64,000 bases of DNA from Eledone cirrhosa (GCA_964016885.1 CAXHJY010001696.1:1-64000); one strand, 5' to 3'; numbered from the stretch's first letter, positions 42,069 through 57,548 are shown. Made by a program: numbers and translations. Notes: generated from the sequence alone by a model not told the origin.

Positions 42069-42456
42069 ACACACCCACATACACACACGTACACTCACAC
42101 ACACATACGTACATTCATGTTTTCTGGAATAACTACACATCATTCGCACAAGTATGCATACACTAAAATCTACACGGGTATGTTATGGATATATAGACAC
42201 ATACATACCTAAATACATACATACATACATACATACATACATACATACATACATACACGCACACGACGTACAAACAAATATATATATATATATATATATA
42301 CATACATACACACGCGCGCACACAAATATATATATATATATATATATACGATGTGCGTGTGTTTCTTATTGGCAACATGACCCTCCCAAAGTATAACAAT
42401 ATCGGTTTCAACACACGTTTTCAGATAAAGAATCTTGCTAAACAAATTCAGAAACG

Positions 42457-42546
<90 letters not shown>

Positions 42547-42811
42547 TATAATGTCCTTAGAATCATTTGATAAGATATATACTCAATTTCCTCTCCCAAT
42601 TAGCATAATCAACCACACAAAAAACCAATTAAACCAGGCTTTAAGATTAAAAGGCACCCGTGAAGAAATAATAGATAAATAAACGATAGCCATTTATTCG
42701 CGATCAACAGCCATAGAATATTTACCCAGCATTTCAATAGCACGTGGAAATCGATTACATATATCGTCAACCATACACAATTAGGTATAAAATTAAAGTT
42801 AGAAGAAAAAA

Positions 42812-42927
<116 letters not shown>

Positions 42928-42944
42928 TATGGTTATATTATAAA

Positions 42945-43085
42945 GAGTCAGGGCCCAGACGTTGAGCTCTTGCTGTTTCAACAGCTAGTTCCAGAGCTCA
43001 TCCATGGGTTCCCGACTCTTTATAATATACCCACACACTACTACCCCAAGTATCGAATACTCTGTTGAGTAATGGTCAAACCAGT
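42945..43085 (+). mobile_element. Divergent family A fold-back copy
   Basis: Arms TATAAAGAGTC../..GACTCTTTATA and tail CTACTACCCCAAGTATCGAATACTCTG. Confidence 0.6.
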
Positions 43086-43504
43086 TTCAAACTGAATCCA
43101 TCCTATGGGTAATTATCGCTTAACCGTGGGTTAAAATGCAAAGCAATTAAAATGCTCAATACAATAACTGTGTAGAATAATTTATATTGAAACCTGAGTT
43201 GTTTCTGGGTTGAGCCGAGGATTATCTTTTTACTGAGCCTCTGATTGTTCGTCTGTGATCCTCGTATTTTTCTGTTACTGATCCTCGGGTTTATCATATA
43301 ATTCTTGCGGTTAAACAGTAACAAAGACAACACCCTTTGGAGCAACGTTACTCCATAGAGTGTTTAGCTCGGATATCAGAGAGTCACTCCAAGTAGAGCT
43401 GCTACTTCTCCAGATTGAGAGATCACAGCCTCGATATTACGGGCATGTCGTATGTGGTTAGAATGTCTCAGGAAAAACCAGCCAGCAGGATATATATATA
43501 TATA

Positions 43505-43707
43505 TTAGAAAGTGAGGTTTTTTTTACAAAATGAAAAAATACCCGAGATGTCCTACACGAGTGAAAGTATAAAGAAAAAAAGATGAAATCGAAAATGCAA
43601 CTGGAGTCTTATTTTTTAAAAATATATATATATTTATTTGGTTCCTTTACCGGTTTCGCAGTTCTTCTGCTTTTCAAAAGTAGAATTGAGATGGAGGGTC
43701 TTTGGTT

Positions 43708-43710
<3 letters not shown>
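43505..43710 (-). mobile_element. Family I element with U3-A8 variant HHR at 43642-43685
   Basis: Minus strand reads TTCTACTT-TTGAAAA-GCAGAAGAACTGC-GAA-ACCGGT-A-AAGGAA. Confidence 0.75.
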
Positions 43711-43756
<46 letters not shown>

Positions 43757-43762
43757 TATATA

Positions 43763-43933
43763 TATTAAAATAACAGATTAAAGTTTAAGCAAAGTATCGC
43801 TGCTTTCACCCATAACGGGATCTTCTGAAACTAAGAAAGTCAATATTTGCTCTACGGTTCTTATATATCTGATATATATTTATCCTTATCGAGCCCTCTT
43901 TGGATTTTAGTCTTCTAATTTATTATTATTACT
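43763..43933. mobile_element. Family C copy with CAGAAGA-core HHR at 43782-43832 (-)
   Basis: Same variant core as 16830-16880. Confidence 0.8.
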
Positions 43934-44126
43934 ATATATATATTGAAAAGGGAGTAACGTTCTATACAAAACAGGGGTTATAGAGAAAAAGTGGGATTAG
44001 AAATAACACGGAAAATATATTTAAGGATCTGTTTTTCTTTTTTTCTTCTTTGATTCGTCAAAGTGACATAATTGAAAAAATGAGAGGAACAATTCTTTAA
44101 AAAAAAGGAGTTTTATAATGAATATA

Positions 44127-44160
<34 letters not shown>

Positions 44161-44162
<2 letters not shown>

Positions 44163-44272
44163 CGAAGGAAGTGTGGTAAGGAACCAGATGTACCATAACG
44201 CACCAGAGTACTCAATACTTAGGGTAGTAGAGTGGGTAATAGGAAAATGTATGACCCCGACGGCATATGGTT

Positions 44273-44275
<3 letters not shown>
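44161..44275 (-). mobile_element. Family A copy, internally deleted
   Basis: Tail plus both arm ends; (TA)n flanks. Confidence 0.75.
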
Positions 44276-44321
<46 letters not shown>

Positions 44322-44513
44322 ATATATATATATTTATATATGTATGTATGTATATTATTGGCAAGATGACCCTCCCAAAGTATAACTATAACTATATATA
44401 TATACAACGTTGAATTATATAAAGGAGGTTTCTAACGAGAGTGATCTTTCCTTGTCCATCTAATATATTTGAGATGTTTTAACTGAACCCGTTTTAGTTT
44501 TCTTCACTCATCT

Positions 44514-44528
44514 CCAGCAGAGGGCGGC
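44514..44528 (+). promoter_or_regulatory. CTCF-motif-like site
   Basis: CCAGCAGAGGGCGGC matches the CTCF core CCASYAGRKGGCR in unique sequence. Confidence 0.35.
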
Positions 44529-45189
44529 ACCTGTACTGACCACGCGATCACTTCTGAACTAACAACGGTACAAGTTGACATCTTGCTTTTCTGATGTCAT
44601 TCTCAGAGGTGTGTGTGTGTGTGGGGGGGGGGGAGCCTGATAGATGGATAGATAGACAGGCATATAGATGTTGTGAGAGCGGGGCTGGGGGTTTGTGGTG
44701 GTGGCGGTGAATATGTTTATGAAGGTGATGATGGCAATGATGGTGGTGGGGATGATGATGATGATGATAATGGTGATGATGATAACCACGATGATGACTA
44801 TGATGATGATGATGGTGGTGGTGGTGGAGGTGGTACTGGTGGTGATGATGATGATGGCATGTGAGTGTGTGTGTGTCGGTGTGTGTGTGTATGAATATAT
44901 GCACAAATCTATGTATGTATGTATGTATGTATATGTGTATATATATATATGTATATATGTATTTATGTATATATGTATGTATATATATGTATATATATTT
45001 ATGTATGTATATGTATATATATATATTTATGTATGTATATATATATGTATGTATATATATTTATGTATGTATATGTATATATATATATTTATGTATGTAT
45101 ATATATATGTATATATATATATATTTATGTATGTATATGTATATATATGTATATATATATATTTATGTATGTATATATATATATATGTA

Positions 45190-45234
<45 letters not shown>

Positions 45235-45431
45235 TTATGTATATATATGTATTTATGTATATATATATATATATATGTGTGTTATGTATATATGTATGTA
45301 TGTATTTATGTATATATATGTATTTATGTATATATATATATATATATGTGTGTTATGTATATATGTATGTATGTATTTATGTATATATATATATATATGT
45401 GTGTTATGTATATATGTATGTATGTATTTAT

Positions 45432-45465
<34 letters not shown>

Positions 45466-46119
45466 TTACATAACACATTTAGTCGTCGTTTAGCCACAGG
45501 TAATTCCCGAATCCAAAGACTCGTCGTTCCAGCCATGGTCATCTCGGTCCATTCTCTCAGTCCATGTCTATCTAGGAGTACATTATCTACAGTGTTCTCC
45601 TCCCCACCCCCTCAAATGTTATGGTATGGTTGGGGGGGGGGAGGATTTGGCTACTGTTTTTCTCAGAGTGAATGACCACAAAGAGATTAATTTCTGTAAG
45701 ATATGATGTAATATGGTACATGATATAGTAGTGGTGGTGGTGGGGTGTTTGGGTGGTGGTGGTGATGGTTGTGGGGGGTAGGTCTGTGTGTGGAGGGGTG
45801 GAGGGTGATGGTGGGTGGGGGTTGTGTAGGTCTGTGTGGGGTGGAGGGTGATTGTGGCGGGGGGGGGGGGGGGATAGTGTTGGTTGTGTTGGGGGGTGAT
45901 GGTAGTAGTGGTAATAGGGGTAGTGGGGTTGGTTGTGTTGGGGTGTGGTGGTGGTGTGGTGGTGGTGGTGTGGTTGTTGTTGTTGGTAGTGATGGTTTGG
46001 TGGTGGCGGTGTGGCTGAAGCGCGACTGGAAGTAGTAGTAGTAGTAGTAGTAGGAATAATAGTAGTAGTAGTAGTAGTAATGGTGGGTGGTTGTTGTAGT
46101 AGTAGTGGTAGAACCTTAC

Positions 46120-47040
46120 ACATACACGTACCTACACACACACACGTACCTAGACACACACACACGTACCTACACACACACACGTACCTACACACACACA
46201 CACGTACCTACACACACACACGTACCTACACACACACACACGTACCTACACACACACGTACCTACACACACACGTACCTACACACACACGTACCTACACA
46301 CGCACACGTACCTACACACACACACGTACCTACACACACACACGTACCTACACACACACGTACCTAGACATAAACACACGTACCTACACACACACACGTA
46401 CCTACACACACACGTACCTACAAACACACGTACCTACACACACACACGTACCTACACACACACACACGTACCTAGACACACACACACGTACCTACACACA
46501 CACGTACCTACACACACACACGTACCTACACACACACACGTACCTACACACACACACACGTACCTACACACACACACACGTACCTACACACACACGTACC
46601 TACACACACACGTACCTACACACACACACGTACCTACACACACACGTACCTACACACACACACGTACCTACACACACACACGTACCTACACACACACACG
46701 TACCTACACACACACACGTACCTACACACACACGTACCTACAAACACACGTACCTACACACACACACGTACCTACACACACACACACGTACCTACACACA
46801 CACGTACCTACACACACACGTACCTAGACACACACACACGTATAAACACACACGTATCTACACACACGTACCTGCACACACACACGTACCTACACACACA
46901 CACGTACCTACACACACACGTACCTGCACACACACACACGTACCTACACGCTCACGTACCTACACACACATGTACCTACACACACACACACACATACCTC
47001 CACACACACGTACCTACACACACACACACATACCTACACA
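46120..47040. repeat. Compound repeat [(CA)n-CGTACCTA]n
   Basis: About 50 units with a variable CA run. Confidence 0.95.
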
Positions 47041-47135
47041 CACACATACACGTATTGATTCATAAATGTGGGAAACTGGGTGTGAGACAATCACACAAGG
47101 ACACTCGGTGTGTGGGAACTGTGTGTATATATGTA

Positions 47136-47255
<120 letters not shown>

Positions 47256-47402
47256 TACATACATAGATAGATACACACATAGATACATACATACATATAT
47301 TCATGTGTGCTGTGTGTATGTATGTGCGTATATACAAGATATAAAGTGTGTGTACACACGCACAGACAGACACACTCACACACACAAGCATATATATACA
47401 TG

Positions 47403-47463
<61 letters not shown>

Positions 47464-47526
47464 TATACTATCTCTCTCTCTATATATATATATAATTATA
47501 AATATATATATATATATAACAGTATA

Positions 47527-47624
<98 letters not shown>

Positions 47625-47738
47625 TATATATATGAGACAACGGGGACATGGCTATGTTGCTAGGGTCAGATACAAAAAAGGGATGACAATACATCTATGG
47701 ATGGCTGAAAAATTAAATCGTGTGTATATAGAAATATC

Positions 47739-47774
<36 letters not shown>

Positions 47775-47779
47775 TATAC

Positions 47780-47813
<34 letters not shown>

Positions 47814-48078
47814 CTGTTGACATTTCTTGAGTGAGTCCGTGTGTACCGTCTGTATATATGTATGGGTGTATATCTTATATACACATATACACACGAGTAC
47901 GCAGACTTTACCTGAAGTACTAGACACAATTATATATATACGGACACACACACAAACATATATATATATATGTATATATATATATATGTCCGTATATATA
48001 TATATATGTGTGTATATATGTGTGTCTGTGTACACATATATATATATATATACATATATATCTATATATGTATGTATG

Positions 48079-48125
<47 letters not shown>

Positions 48126-48170
48126 CTGTGTGTCTATATTATATATATTTATATATATATATATAATATA

Positions 48171-48222
<52 letters not shown>

Positions 48223-48252
48223 AATACATACATAAATATATAGATATATATG

Positions 48253-48296
<44 letters not shown>

Positions 48297-48381
48297 TATA
48301 TATAAATAAATACATACATACATATATAGATATATATGTATATATATATATATGTATACCCACACACACACACAAACACAT

Positions 48382-48434
<53 letters not shown>

Positions 48435-48629
48435 CACATACGTATATGACGCGCACATGCTTCTAAATAAATAGATTATGCAACCTACCTGTGACAGAGA
48501 CAGTCAGGCACAAACGGTCATGTTTAGCGAAGAGTGAACCTTATGCTGGTGTTGGTGGAGATGGTCGTGGTTGGGTAGGCACTACCTCACAGCGTTATCC
48601 ATAAATGTATATTTATAAATACACATACA

Positions 48630-48930
48630 CACGCTATTGTGTGTATATATATGTATATATATTTGTGTGAGTGTATGTGTTTGTGTGTATGTACAGATAC
48701 ACACGCTATTGTGTGTGTATATATATATATATTTGTGTGAGTGTATGGCTGTATGTACACATACACACGCTATGGTGTGTATATATATATATATATTTGT
48801 GTGAGTGTATGGCTGTATGTACACATACACACGCTATGGTGTGTATATATATATATATATTTGTGTGAGTGTATGGGTGTATGTACACATACACACGCTA
48901 TTGTGTGTATATATATATTTGTGTGAGTGT
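48630..48930. repeat. Tandem ~65-70-bp units (TACACACGCTAT[T/G]GTGTG..ATTTGTGTGAGTGTATG)
   Basis: 5 units. Confidence 0.8.
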
Positions 48931-48965
48931 ATGTGTGTTTTTGTGTCTATGTAGGTGTGTGTAGG

Positions 48966-49015
<50 letters not shown>

Positions 49016-49057
49016 GAGAGAGAGAGTGTGTGTGTTGTATGTGTGTGTGTGTTTGTT

Positions 49058-49096
<39 letters not shown>

Positions 49097-49182
49097 GTGT
49101 TTTTATGTGTGTGTGTGTGTGTATATATAGAGAGAGAGCGTGAGAGTGTTGTATTGTATGTATGTATGTATGTGATTATGTT

Positions 49183-49225
<43 letters not shown>

Positions 49226-49487
49226 ATTTATGTGTGTGTGTGTATGTGAATGTGTCTGCGGGTGCGTATATATATATATATATAAAGAGAGAGAGAGAGA
49301 GTATGCGTTGTAAGTATATATGTGTGTTTATCTTTACATGTATATAGATATATGGATATATATATATACTATATGTATGTGTATATTTATGTATATGTAT
49401 GTATATACGTGAATGGGTCGTGTATTTATGTCAGCATGTACGACTGTATATACGTAGTATATATATAAACATATACATATACACACG

Positions 49488-49522
<35 letters not shown>

Positions 49523-50007
49523 ATATATATGTATGTGTGTATTTGTGTTTGTATTTATGTGTGTATGTATGAATGAATGTAATGCTGTATTGGAACTCCG
49601 ATCTCTCCACCAGACGGCGGTAGTGGTGTGGTGACAGATGAAAGAGTGGTGATAGTGGCAGGAGCTAGAGTAGTAGTAAGAGTGGGTACTGGATGCTGCA
49701 ACATGCCGTAACACACCATTCAACACTTCTCTATCTCTCTCTATCTCTCTCTCTCTATATATATATATCTATCTCTCTCTATCTCTCAATATATATATAT
49801 CTATCTCTCTCTCTATATATATCTCTCTCTATCTCTCTCTATCTCTCTATATATATCTATCTATCTATCTCTCTCTATCTATCTATATATCTATCTATCT
49901 ATCTATCTAATCTCTCTCTCTATCTCTCTATCTCTCTTCCTCTCTCTTTCTTTCTCACTCTCTCCCTTTCTAACTATCTCCCTGTCTCTCTATCTCCCTG
50001 TCTCTCA

Positions 50008-50039
<32 letters not shown>

Positions 50040-50370
50040 CTCTCACTCTCTCTCTCACTCTCACTCACTCTCTCTCACTCTCTCTCACTCTCACTCACTC
50101 TCACTCTCTCTCACTCTCACTCCCTCACTCTCACTCACCCTCTCTCTCACTCTCACTCACTCTCTCCCTCACTCTCACTCTCACTCACTCTCTCTCTCAC
50201 TCTCTCTCTCACTCACTCTCTCTCACTCACTCTCACTCTCACTCACTCTCACTCACTCTCTCTCCCTCTCTCTCACTCTCTCTCTCTCTAAACCCCATGT
50301 CCCTCTCTGTCTCTCTATATCTCTCCCTCTTTTTATCCTTTATTTCCTCTTTCTCCTTTTCTATCCCTCA

Positions 50371-50402
<32 letters not shown>

Positions 50403-50885
50403 TTTCTCTCTCTCTTTCTCTCTCTCTTTCTATTGCTCTTCTTCCTTCCTTTTTGTTCTTTTTCTCACTTTCTATTCATTCTGTTTCCTGTATTTTCTTC
50501 TCCCACTCTCTCTCTCTCTCTCTTTCACTCTCTCTTTCTCTCTCTCTTTCTCTCTCTCACTCTCTCTCTCCCCCACATCTCTATAGTCCCACTCCCCCCT
50601 CCTACCACACCCTTTCATCCGTTCATTCTTACACGTGTGTGATGTCAGACAAACTGGATAGCTTTGGATAATTACTTTGTTAGAGAGGAGCACCTACCTA
50701 CCTACCTACCTACCTACCTACCTACCTACCTACCTACCTACCTACCTACCTACCTACCTACCTACCTATCTACCTGTCTATCTAGCTATCTACCTTTCTA
50801 TCTGTCTATCTAGCTATCTACCTGTCTATCTACCTTTCTATCTGTCTATCTACCTTTATATCTACCTGTCTATCTATCTACCTGT

Positions 50886-51000
50886 CTTTTTTCACGTTTT
50901 TATTGTATGTAAATTGTCCCCTTCTTTTATGCCCCTGTGGCTAATAAAGAAACATATCTATATATCTCTCTATCTCTCTACCTATCTATCTACCTATCTC

Positions 51001-51037
<37 letters not shown>

Positions 51038-51463
51038 TTCTCTCTATATATCTACCTATCTATCTCTCTATCTATCTATCTATTTATCTCTATCTCTCTC
51101 TATCTATCTATCTATCTCTCTCTCTCTATTTCTCTCTATCTATCTATCTATCTATCTTCAAAGGTGGGTGAATGTGGCGAGAATGACCCGAGTGATTGGG
51201 GCCTTCTCTGTATATAAACCTGTAGGTTGAGGAAGAGAGCAAAAGGAAGAAAGGGGCACTTGCACAACACGCTCCTGAAGTTGAGGGTTGTTCTATCGAC
51301 GGGGTATTAAACAACCCATTTGTGGCCCCTCTCCCCTATTGGGGATTTCGATTGTTATATTTTCATGTAAAAACTTTTTTTTTACACGACTGTATGTAAA
51401 ATACCCGTCATATGTCCTTGTGTTGTCCCCTTTTCTTGTGCGCCCTTGTGGCAAATAAAGAAA
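50886..51463 (+). mobile_element. Two Tx1/L1-type LINE 3' ends in (CTAT)n (50886-50952; 51157-51463)
   Basis: [14 protein letters not shown].. is homologous to 33046-33420. Ends CCC[T/C]TGTGGC[A/T]AATAAAGAAA then (TCTA)n. Confidence 0.7.
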
Positions 51464-51599
51464 TCTATCTATCTACCTACTTGTCTACCCATCTACCTGG
51501 CTAATTACCTTTCCACGTTTCATCTACACACCCATCTATTCATTCATCTATCCCCCCCCCTCTCTCTCTCTCTCTGTATATATATATATATATATATGC

Positions 51600-51647
<48 letters not shown>

Positions 51648-51723
51648 CAAAAATGTATACACCATTCTAATAAATAATGCGTGTACAGATAATCAAAGTG
51701 TGTATATATTTTGGGAGCACACC

Positions 51724-51793
<70 letters not shown>

Positions 51794-51858
51794 CACATAA
51801 ACAGCTCCCACCGGGAATGATATATATATATATATATATATTAGAGAGAGAGAGAGAA

Positions 51859-51892
<34 letters not shown>

Positions 51893-52100
51893 GAAGAGAA
51901 TGTGTGTGTGTAAGAGAGAGGGGGGAGACCAGATGTTAGTAGTAAAGTAAGACCATTAGTAAACTTAGTACCCTAAACTTACAAAAAGTAAAAAAGCGTG
52001 CATACTATAAATACTATAAGGGCTTTCTGAGTTACTGTAAAGATTTAACCGCATTTACTATAGAAGGGGTGAAAGCTTGACAGGAGGTTTGGAAATCCTT

Positions 52101-52158
<58 letters not shown>

Positions 52159-52187
52159 AATTTATTTATAAAACTGTTTATATATTG

Positions 52188-52253
52188 TATTTTGTCTGAA
52201 GAGGGCATACCATATTTTTAATATGATATCCCTGAAATATATATAATGAAATA
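52188..52253 (+). ncRNA. Type I hammerhead ribozyme motif
   Basis: TATTTTGT-CTGAAGA-GGGCATACCATATT/TTT/AATATGATATCCCT-GAA-ATATATAT-A-ATGAAATA. Confidence 0.8.
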
Positions 52254-52381
52254 AATATGGTTTTATAAATGTAGTTTCCATTTGTTTAATATCGTAAAAT
52301 ACTCCAAAATCTGTTGAGTGCTTTTATATCAGTTATAAAAATATTTACTCGTTGTAACCCAACAATTTTAAATAAAACTTT

Positions 52382-52422
<41 letters not shown>

Positions 52423-52431
<9 letters not shown>

Positions 52432-52811
52432 TATAAGTATTAATAAAATAGATGTTCTTTTGATCAATTACATTTTATTATAAATATTTCGGATGTACAA
52501 CAGTACGTCCTCATCAGACAAAATATAATGATACATGACATACCCTGAGATGTTAAATGGTTAAGATTTCTTGATTAAATCTTAACCATTTAACATGTCA
52601 GGGTATGTCATGTATCATTATATTTTGTCTGATGAGAACGTACTGTTGTACATCCGAAATATGTATAATAAAATGTAATTGATCAAAAGAACATCTATTT
52701 TATTAATACTTATATTTTAATATTAATAACTCCAGAAAATTATTTGCCGTTGAGTGCTTCCAATCTACTGTAAAACTAATTCTTTGACATAATCATTGAA
52801 TATTGTTTAAC

Positions 52812-52818
<7 letters not shown>
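52423..52818 (+). mobile_element. Fold-back element, family D (~147-bp arms plus ~95-bp tail), with two HHRs (52471-52525 -, 52621-52675 +)
   Basis: TATTTTGT-CTGATGA-G[G/A]ACGTAC/TGTT/GTACATCC-GAA-ATAT[G/T]TAT-A-ATAAAATG in both arms. (TA)n flanks. Confidence 0.88.
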
Positions 52819-52868
<50 letters not shown>

Positions 52869-53115
52869 TATAAATGCGAGGAAAGAATAGACAAAGTCCC
52901 CTACTGCAGTTTCATCGACCGTTTTGCAACATGGGTGCACTTTACACACACACATATATCCGTATGTGGTTGATGGATAAGAGTAGAGAGTACTCAATAC
53001 CGAAGTAGAGTTTTAACATTCATTTTATTAAGGCTAAATAGTGAGTCTTCTTACTCTGGGATTTCATCTGTCTATCACAGGGTCACTAGATGAACATATA
53101 TATATATATATATAT

Positions 53116-53237
53116 ATTTATTAAAATAACAGATTAAAGTTTAATAAATATTTGCTCTACGGTTCTTATATATTTGATATATATTTATCCTTATCGAGCC
53201 CTCTTTGGATTTTAGTCTTCAAATTTATTATTATTAC

Positions 53238-53240
<3 letters not shown>
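53116..53240 (+). mobile_element. Family C copy, short arm plus tail
   Basis: Same outer ends as the other family C copies. Confidence 0.8.
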
Positions 53241-53304
<64 letters not shown>

Positions 53305-53385
53305 CCCAACACGTCGATCTTTCTTTCCTGTTTCCAGTATAAAGTGTGAAACTAATAAGACATTTTTTTACCCCTGTTTGTTGTA

Positions 53386-53461
<76 letters not shown>

Positions 53462-53465
<4 letters not shown>

Positions 53466-53920
53466 GGGTCACTCTTGAGTGCTACTGGTAACATGTAACC
53501 CAGTACAACCTGTCGCATGGTCGGGTCGTCGGCGACCAAACCGGCAGCCCCACCAAGTTTACTTGGTGAGGAGGGGGATTTTGGACACCCTGCAGGTCGA
53601 AAAAAAAAACCTGACAAAGGGCGGAAGAACTCATAAGAATCAACGGCCATCCGAAATTGTATAAATATGTATATACACATGTACCGCCCGGTTAAACCAC
53701 TGGGAGTGAAGGACCCCTAGCCTTTCTCAGGGCATTCTTCTAGAAGGCAACTCAGGAAACTGGGATAACTCCGATATAAAACCTGCGGCTCAGTAGTTAC
53801 CGATGATGTTGATCTTTTCTTCTTTTCAGGTTATAGCTACTGTCGCTCAGAGAGTGGGATTGGCTCAGTGCACAGTCTTTCCTCACTTAAAAAAATATCT
53901 TCACGCACAGGCATTGCACG
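53462..53920 (+). mobile_element. GC-richer structured repeat, possibly an RTE-type LINE 5'UTR derivative
   Basis: Several hairpins (TACTGG/CCAGTA, GGTCG/CGACC, CACCAAG/CTTGGTG). Family assignment is from memory only. Confidence 0.35.
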
Positions 53921-54075
53921 ATAGAATTAATTAATAATTATTAATAATGGTATAACGTGCAATGGCCATACTCGATAACGAAGGGGCAGCCATCATATAT
54001 ATATATATATATGCGCGCGCATGTGTGTGCGTGTGTATTTGTATACGCGTCTGTGTGTATACATATATGTATGTG

Positions 54076-54107
<32 letters not shown>

Positions 54108-54478
54108 ATATATATACACCCACTACGGCCTCTATCAACCCACTGCCTACCCATGCTGCCTCTACAACAGAACAGCTACAACCGATGTATGCAACCATAT
54201 ACCAGTAATTACCGAAGGACTACTTAGTCACTATATCAGCCAATACATGTGACATTATCCCAGCAATAGAACCACCAAATTATCTTATTATAAACGATGT
54301 TAATTATTGGTGAGGTTTAATTAACAGAAATAATTATCGCTTATTCCATTCCATTGTGTAAGGAATGGGAACAAAACGTCCATAGAAGAAATTACACAAA
54401 ACTGTTCTAAATATTTATTCCATCAATTAAGGTTGTTGACATTTCATTGCATATATGTATGGGAGTCTCCCTCACCCC

Positions 54479-54571
<93 letters not shown>

Positions 54572-54779
54572 AACACACACATACACACACATATATATAT
54601 GGTAGGAAATCAGCATACAGGAATTTTAACGAAAATGCAATTTGACCTAATAACAATTGTTTTGAAGATCCAAAACGGAGAAAGCAGGCTTTGCTGCCAT
54701 CAATTTTCTATAAATGTTATAAAGTCTTTTTATATACATACCAGGTGCGTGTTTCGAACCTGTTTTTTATTATCATTTT

Positions 54780-54836
<57 letters not shown>

Positions 54837-54871
54837 GCCCGTCCCCTCAATCTAACTTATTTCTCATTCTT

Positions 54872-54907
54872 TCTTCTGATGAAGGGCTAGCGTCCGAAAC
54901 TTTAAGA
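54872..54907 (+). ncRNA. Minimal hammerhead motif (mutated stem III)
   Basis: TCTT-CTGATGA-AGGGCTAGCGTCC-GAA-ACTT-T-AAGA. Same family as 27917. Confidence 0.6.
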
Positions 54908-54991
54908 CCCTCTTACTGCTATTTCAAGCGTTAACCTAATATATTCCTTCCATATACTGTACTGATTGTGTTGTTATTTCTGTTTACCTTT

Positions 54992-55108
<117 letters not shown>

Positions 55109-55635
55109 GTGTGTGTGTATGTGTATGTGTGTGTGTATAATTATTAACATTGTAATTCCCTATGAACATCTTGTGAAAATGTAAATGTGTGTAAGGGGCC
55201 GCTAAAATTAAAGAAGTACTTTGTGTAACAGTGAATATTGCATGTCTGTGTGTATATGTGGGTATGTGTGTCTGTGTGTGTGTCTCTGTGGATATATGTC
55301 TATGTTTGCGTGTGTTTGTGGGTGTGTATATGTGAGTATATGTGTCGGTGTCTGTACGTTTGTGTATTTGTATGAGTCTTGCTGTGTGTCTGTGTGTATG
55401 TGGGTATATCTGTGTGTGTTTGTACGTTTGTGTGTGTTTGTATGGGTCTTACTGTGTCTGTGTGTGTGTGTGTGTGTGTGTGTATGTGGGTATATCTGTG
55501 TGTGTTTGTACGTTTGTGTGTATTTGTATGGGTCTTACTGTGTCTGTGTGTGTGTGTGTGTGTGTGTATGTGGGTATATGAGTCTGTACGTTTGTGTGTG
55601 TTTGTATAGGTTTTGCTGAGCCTGTGTGTATGTGG

Positions 55636-55667
<32 letters not shown>

Positions 55668-55731
55668 ATCTATGTAGGTCTGTGTGTGTGTTCCTACATG
55701 AAACACTAGATTTGTGGGCAACGGGAACCAT

Positions 55732-55739
55732 TGACGTCA
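55732..55739. promoter_or_regulatory. Perfect CRE palindrome
   Basis: tTGACGTCAc in a unique island. Confidence 0.35.
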
Positions 55740-55909
55740 CACACCAGTCACTGATAGATAGCTGTAGAATGGTGGTGGGGTGGAGGGCGGGCGGGTGGGA
55801 GGGAGTGGGGATGGGGGTATACCTACCCCCCAAAAAGATGAAACGCACCTTTTGCCCTCATACACCTCTCGCTCTTATCAGCAGCAGTGCCGCCCTCATC
55901 CCTAACAGT

Positions 55910-57075
55910 GCCACCGACACTACCAACACCACCACCACTATCTACACCACCACCATCACCACCACCACTATCTACACCACCACCATCACCACCAACACTA
56001 CCAACACCACCACCACTATCTACACCACCACCATCACCACCACCACTATCTACACCACCACCATCACCACCAACACTACCAACACCACCACCACTATCTA
56101 CACCACCACCATCACCACCACCACTATCTACACCACCACCATCACCACCAACACTACCAACACCACCACCACTATCTACACCACCACCATCACCACCGAC
56201 ACTACCAACACCACCGCCACTATCTACACCACCACCATCACCACCAACACTACCAACACCACCGCCACTATCTACACCACCACCATCACCACCACCACTA
56301 TCTACACCACCACCATCACCACCAACACTACCAACACCACCACCACTATCTACACCACCACCATCACCACCACCACTATCTACACCACCACCATCACCAC
56401 CAACACTACCAACACCACCACCACTATCTACACCACCACCATCACCACCGACACTACCAACACCACCACCACTATCTACACCACCACCATCACCACCACC
56501 ACTATCTACACCACCACCATCACCACCGACACTACCAACACCACCACCACTATCTACACCACCACCATCACCACCACCACTATCTACACCACCACCATCA
56601 CCACCAACACTACCAACACCACCACCACTATCTACACCACCACCATCACCACCACCACTATCTACACCACCACCATCACCACCGACACTACCAACACCAC
56701 CACCACTATCTACACCACCACCATCACCACCACCACTATCTACACCACCACCATCACCACCAACACTACCAACACCACCACCACTATCTACACCACCACC
56801 ATCACCACCACCACTATCTACACCACCACCATCACCACCAACACTACCAACACCACCGCCACTATCTACACCACCACCATCACCACCAACACTACCAACA
56901 CCACCGCCACTATCTACACCACCACCATCACCACCAACACTACCAACACCATCACCACTATCTACCCCACCGCCACCACCACCACTATCTACCCCACCGC
57001 CACCAGCACCACCACTATCTACCCCACCTCCACCACCACCACTATCTACCCCACCGCCACCACTACCACTATCCA
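55910..57075. repeat. (ACC)-based minisatellite with 27- and 39-bp units
   Basis: ACCACCACTATCTACACCACCACCATC and ACC[A/G]ACACTACCAAC modules. Confidence 0.9.
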
Positions 57076-57439
57076 CCCCCATCTCCTCAATTGTTCATAT
57101 TCTCGGCCTCATTATCACTGATAAAGTTCTTTCTGCTCCACGCCACATCCCCACCCCCGACCACACCAATACCACCATCATCATCATCATCATCATAATC
57201 TCTACCACTATCTTCGTAGTTTCATCAATCATCACCATCATCGACACTGCTACCATCACCACCATCATCACCACCACCACCACCACCACCACCAACACCA
57301 CCGCCAACACCACCACCACCAACACCACCACCATCACCACCACCGCCAACACCACCACCACCACCACTACCATCACCATCACCAACACCAATATATGCAC
57401 AATCTTGCATATTACAATTATTTCGATATCGGACTGACA

Positions 57440-57548
<109 letters not shown>

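Noticed and set aside
48579-48589. TGAGGTAGTG on the minus strand resembling the let-7 5' end
   Set aside because: The match stops after 9 nt and there is no precursor hairpin.
55613-57437. 500-aa mucin/extensin-like ORFs (also 15242-16276, 17361-18226, 9189-9935)
   Set aside because: Minisatellites open in multiple frames, with no signal peptide, splice context or non-repetitive domain.
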